Positions 62,301 to 64,000 of a DNA stretch of 64,000 nucleotides are shown here, piece after piece; positions within the stretch are counted from its first letter, which is position 1, and the number at the start of each line of letters is the position of its first letter. The notes below the pieces were generated by a model, which did no database searches, was not told the origin of the DNA, and was given only the letters and a program-made list of their open reading frames with translations. The translations under genes and the position numbers were made by a program. This DNA is from Flaccisagitta enflata (lineage: Eukaryota). The stretch covers positions 62,001 to 126,000 of the forward strand of contig OZ231126.1 of the NCBI GenBank assembly GCA_965153355.1, given 5' to 3'.

Positions 62301-64000
62301 TTGCTGTTGATTTTCTGTACTTTCATGCACATTCCATCGAAGAATTCAATCAATTCCTCCAGTAATTGAATGGCAACTTGTATCTCCCAGGTTCCAGTGA
62401 TGGTGTCATCAATGTAAAGCTGGTCTCTGACTGCTTTGACTGCCAGAAGGAACTTTCCCATCCTTTCCATCCTGTTTGCATGTTCAAGGATGGTTTCACC
62501 GGACAAGTAAGGTGATGATGCTTCTCCAAAGAGTAGTGTGCATTGTCTCATCAATTTTTCAAATGCAAAGAAATGATGCAAATCTTTCTGTTGATCAGGT
62601 ATGGTGATTCTAAAGAACATCTTGCTGATATCTGCAATCACAGCAATTGGGTTGTTTCTGAATTGTAACAGCAATCCAATAACCTCAGGGAGCAGGTTTG
62701 GGCCTGCATATTGGCATTTGTTTAAAGACAGGCCATTCTTGTCTTCTTTTGATGCATTCATCACATTTCTGATTGCGGTTGTAGATTGACCTTCTGTTAT
62801 GACAGAATGCCGAGGGAGGAAGTGTTTCTGTGTGTTTGGATCATCTTTCTCAGAAGTGACCTCTTCAATGATGCCTTGTCTTTCTTGATCATCAAAGACG
62901 GCTTTTACCTGCTCTTTCAGAGTAGGGTTTTTGTCCAATTTTTGCATCTGCTTTTGATGCAGGATTTTGGCGATCTTTTCATTATCACCCAGTTGTTTGA
63001 CAGTTTCCTTGTATGGAATTGTGGCTTGGTATTGTTTCTTGACATCATCATATATGATGTTCTGTTGAACTTCTTTCCTGAAGTCATTTTCTTCAACTTC
63101 ATGAACCATCGGTTCCTTGTGTGTATGTGTGCCTAAGCATTCAGCCTCATAGAACTGCTTGAGCTCTGATTCAATCCCTTTGAAGGGTCTTGTGGTGACC
63201 TTTTGGCAAGAGGTCCTTTTGCCCTCAAAGTTTGGGCAGGCTCCACACAAAATCCAACCGAAGATTGTTTGGACTCCTACAGGGGCTGTGATCTTGCCCT
63301 TTGCACGGGCTCCTGTTTTTATGGCTTCAGCATAGTCTGCGCCAATCAGTATTTCCACTTGCTCTTCTTCTCTTGGGAAGCAGTCGGCGAAGCGGATGTT
63401 TTTCAAGTGAGAAAATTCTTTTGTTGGGTCAAATGGAACGGCATCCATTTCAATACACAGTGGTCCATCCCGGACCAAAGCGTCCATGGTGAAATTGTTC
63501 CCTCTTGTGGTTTTCAAAGTGACCTTTGCCACAGAAAACTCTTTTGGGGGTTCAAGTGTTGCTGAGAAAGCCACAGCAACCGAAAATGTTTTCTTTCCAA
63601 CTATTGGAAGGTTCAATTCATCAACAACCTGTTGAGTGATCCAAGTGTTTTGTGACCCATCATCAAGCATCGCTCGGATGGGTCTTTTGGCTGTGTCTCC
63701 AACAGCAGTCGCTTTGAACGACTTCAGAATAGAGCTTCCATTGAAACCCTTCGTTGAGGCGTTGTTTGCCGTAGTTTTTGGACCGTCCTCACCTCGAGGG
63801 GTCTCTGTTTGTTTGGAAATTGGTTTTGGCTTCTCCTCATGGTGCAAAACTGTTGGGTGATCAGTGCTCTGGCACTTCCTGCAAGTTACTGATTCTTCAC
63901 ATTTTTCACCTTGATGACCCTTCCGGGCGCATTTGAAGCACAATCTGTTCTTCATCAGAAACTCAAATCTTTCTTTCTTCTGTTTCTTACCTAAGAAACT
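59330..64000 (-). mobile_element. BEL/Pao LTR retrotransposon with probable 3' LTR (59838 down to about 59330-59385)
   Basis: On the minus strand, a PPT-like TTTTGGGGCCAG is followed by TGTTAAG at 59838. The distal LTR end is uncertain because the 5' LTR is outside the window. Confidence 0.85.
59999..64000 (-). CDS. BEL/Pao gag-pol polyprotein (5' truncated by window)
   Basis: Zn knuckles (CFKC..H...C), protease LDDGS, RT ADISKMF/YIDD, RNase H FCDAS/IPRLEL/WTDS, integrase HHCC plus DYAGP/SDNG/WER; order PR-RT-RH-IN; frame stays open to the window edge. Confidence 0.97.
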   Translation of the reverse strand, partial: SFLGKKQKKERFEFLMKNRLCFKCARKGHQGEKCEESVTCRKCQSTDHPTVLHHEEKPKPISKQTETPRGEDGPKTTANNASTKGFNGSSILKSFKATAVGDTAKRPIRAMLDDGSQNTWITQQVVDELNLPIVGKKTFSVAVAFSATLEPPKEFSVAKVTLKTTRGNNFTMDALVRDGPLCIEMDAVPFDPTKEFSHLKNIRFADCFPREEEQVEILIGADYAEAIKTGARAKGKITAPVGVQTIFGWILCGACPNFEGKRTSCQKVTTRPFKGIESELKQFYEAECLGTHTHKEPMVHEVEENDFRKEVQQNIIYDDVKKQYQATIPYKETVKQLGDNEKIAKILHQKQMQKLDKNPTLKEQVKAVFDDQERQGIIEEVTSEKDDPNTQKHFLPRHSVITEGQSTTAIRNVMNASKEDKNGLSLNKCQYAGPNLLPEVIGLLLQFRNNPIAVIADISKMFFRITIPDQQKDLHHFFAFEKLMRQCTLLFGEASSPYLSGETILEHANRMERMGKFLLAVKAVRDQLYIDDTITGTWEIQVAIQLLEELIEFFDGMCMKVQKINSNCQAVLDAMDPSLLENKVHTSVLGIEWNTSDDTLAPKAVTDRQCQTKRDVLAMLASIYDPLGLKAPLTCRGKILMQSLWQLQLGWDDKIPNDVMKHVNLWQEASKISPTVQRFWGKIKAVDIFCDASEESFAAAAYGTSPDENGASVNVHLMMAKTRVKSIKETTIPRLELQGAVLAANMHTYITKYLGPLPTTFWTDSTIVLNWIHTEASQYKVFVGNRVKLIQDNTKQNHTTCDDHWKWVPGTQNPADIPSRGIWPLSEKQNELWLHGPEFLKSGEYPDQPIHKKEQCELKKTAVNIIPTVTDDVEPIVKMERFSNINRLLNTMVYVFRFINRKTGASEGPPTADEREVALQNLIKMDQKQHFNKDIHNLQQGALHKDSKLKGLNPILMDGIMMMRGRVQTEPELIILHHESHLAKLLITHTHHENLHSGASHTLNELRRNYWIIKVKSQLRTCVTCKKANTRLAGQQMAPLAEWRTTPSPPFTHTGMDYAGPLYVTKTGAQKRYILLFTCGVTRAVHLELTQSLDTKEFLLAFECFRARRGTPSVLYSDNGTSFVAASKAIPHIKWEFITPLAPWHGAIWERLVRSIKAPLRKVVGGARLKEVELRVVLTKIEGVINSRPLTVLKGDETRQITPAELINGRPLGKIDIPYVPLDATRRLQHLERTKEQFWKQWQKHYLPSLQSRTKWQTRCPNIKEGDIVLLLKENTKRHTWPLAKVLETVVGRDNLVRTVKVICDGKEIVRPIQHIVPLEVPSDKNEHIGSRD

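Noticed and set aside
60017-63860. Plus-strand ORFs within the retrotransposon
   Set aside because: Antisense shadows of the gag-pol frame.

Overview
Animal (invertebrate-like) genomic DNA, very rich in microsatellites and non-autonomous transposons; the taxon cannot be fixed from sequence alone. Three spliced + strand genes can be built by hand with consistent intron phases. (1) The 3' six exons (<2-8122, >=1182 aa) of an extracellular protein with four EGF + calcium-binding-EGF pairs separated by low-complexity spacers. (2) A 9-exon gene (32514-45650, about 1308 aa) encoding a family-19 (GH19) chitinase behind an ~810-aa polyQ/N-rich N-terminus and one transmembrane helix, i.e. a predicted type II membrane GH19. 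(3) The first two exons (57789-59303) of a secreted Pro/Ala/Ser-rich precursor with an RVKR site, followed by an intact-looking BEL/Pao LTR retrotransposon on the minus strand. The most striking signal is that exon boundaries are repeatedly amplified into tandem arrays. The GH19 gene has 9 copies of an acceptor plus exon start and 13 copies of an exon end plus donor. The secreted gene has a 12-bp minisatellite built from the donor consensus. Older, decayed duplicates sit at five more boundaries across all three genes.
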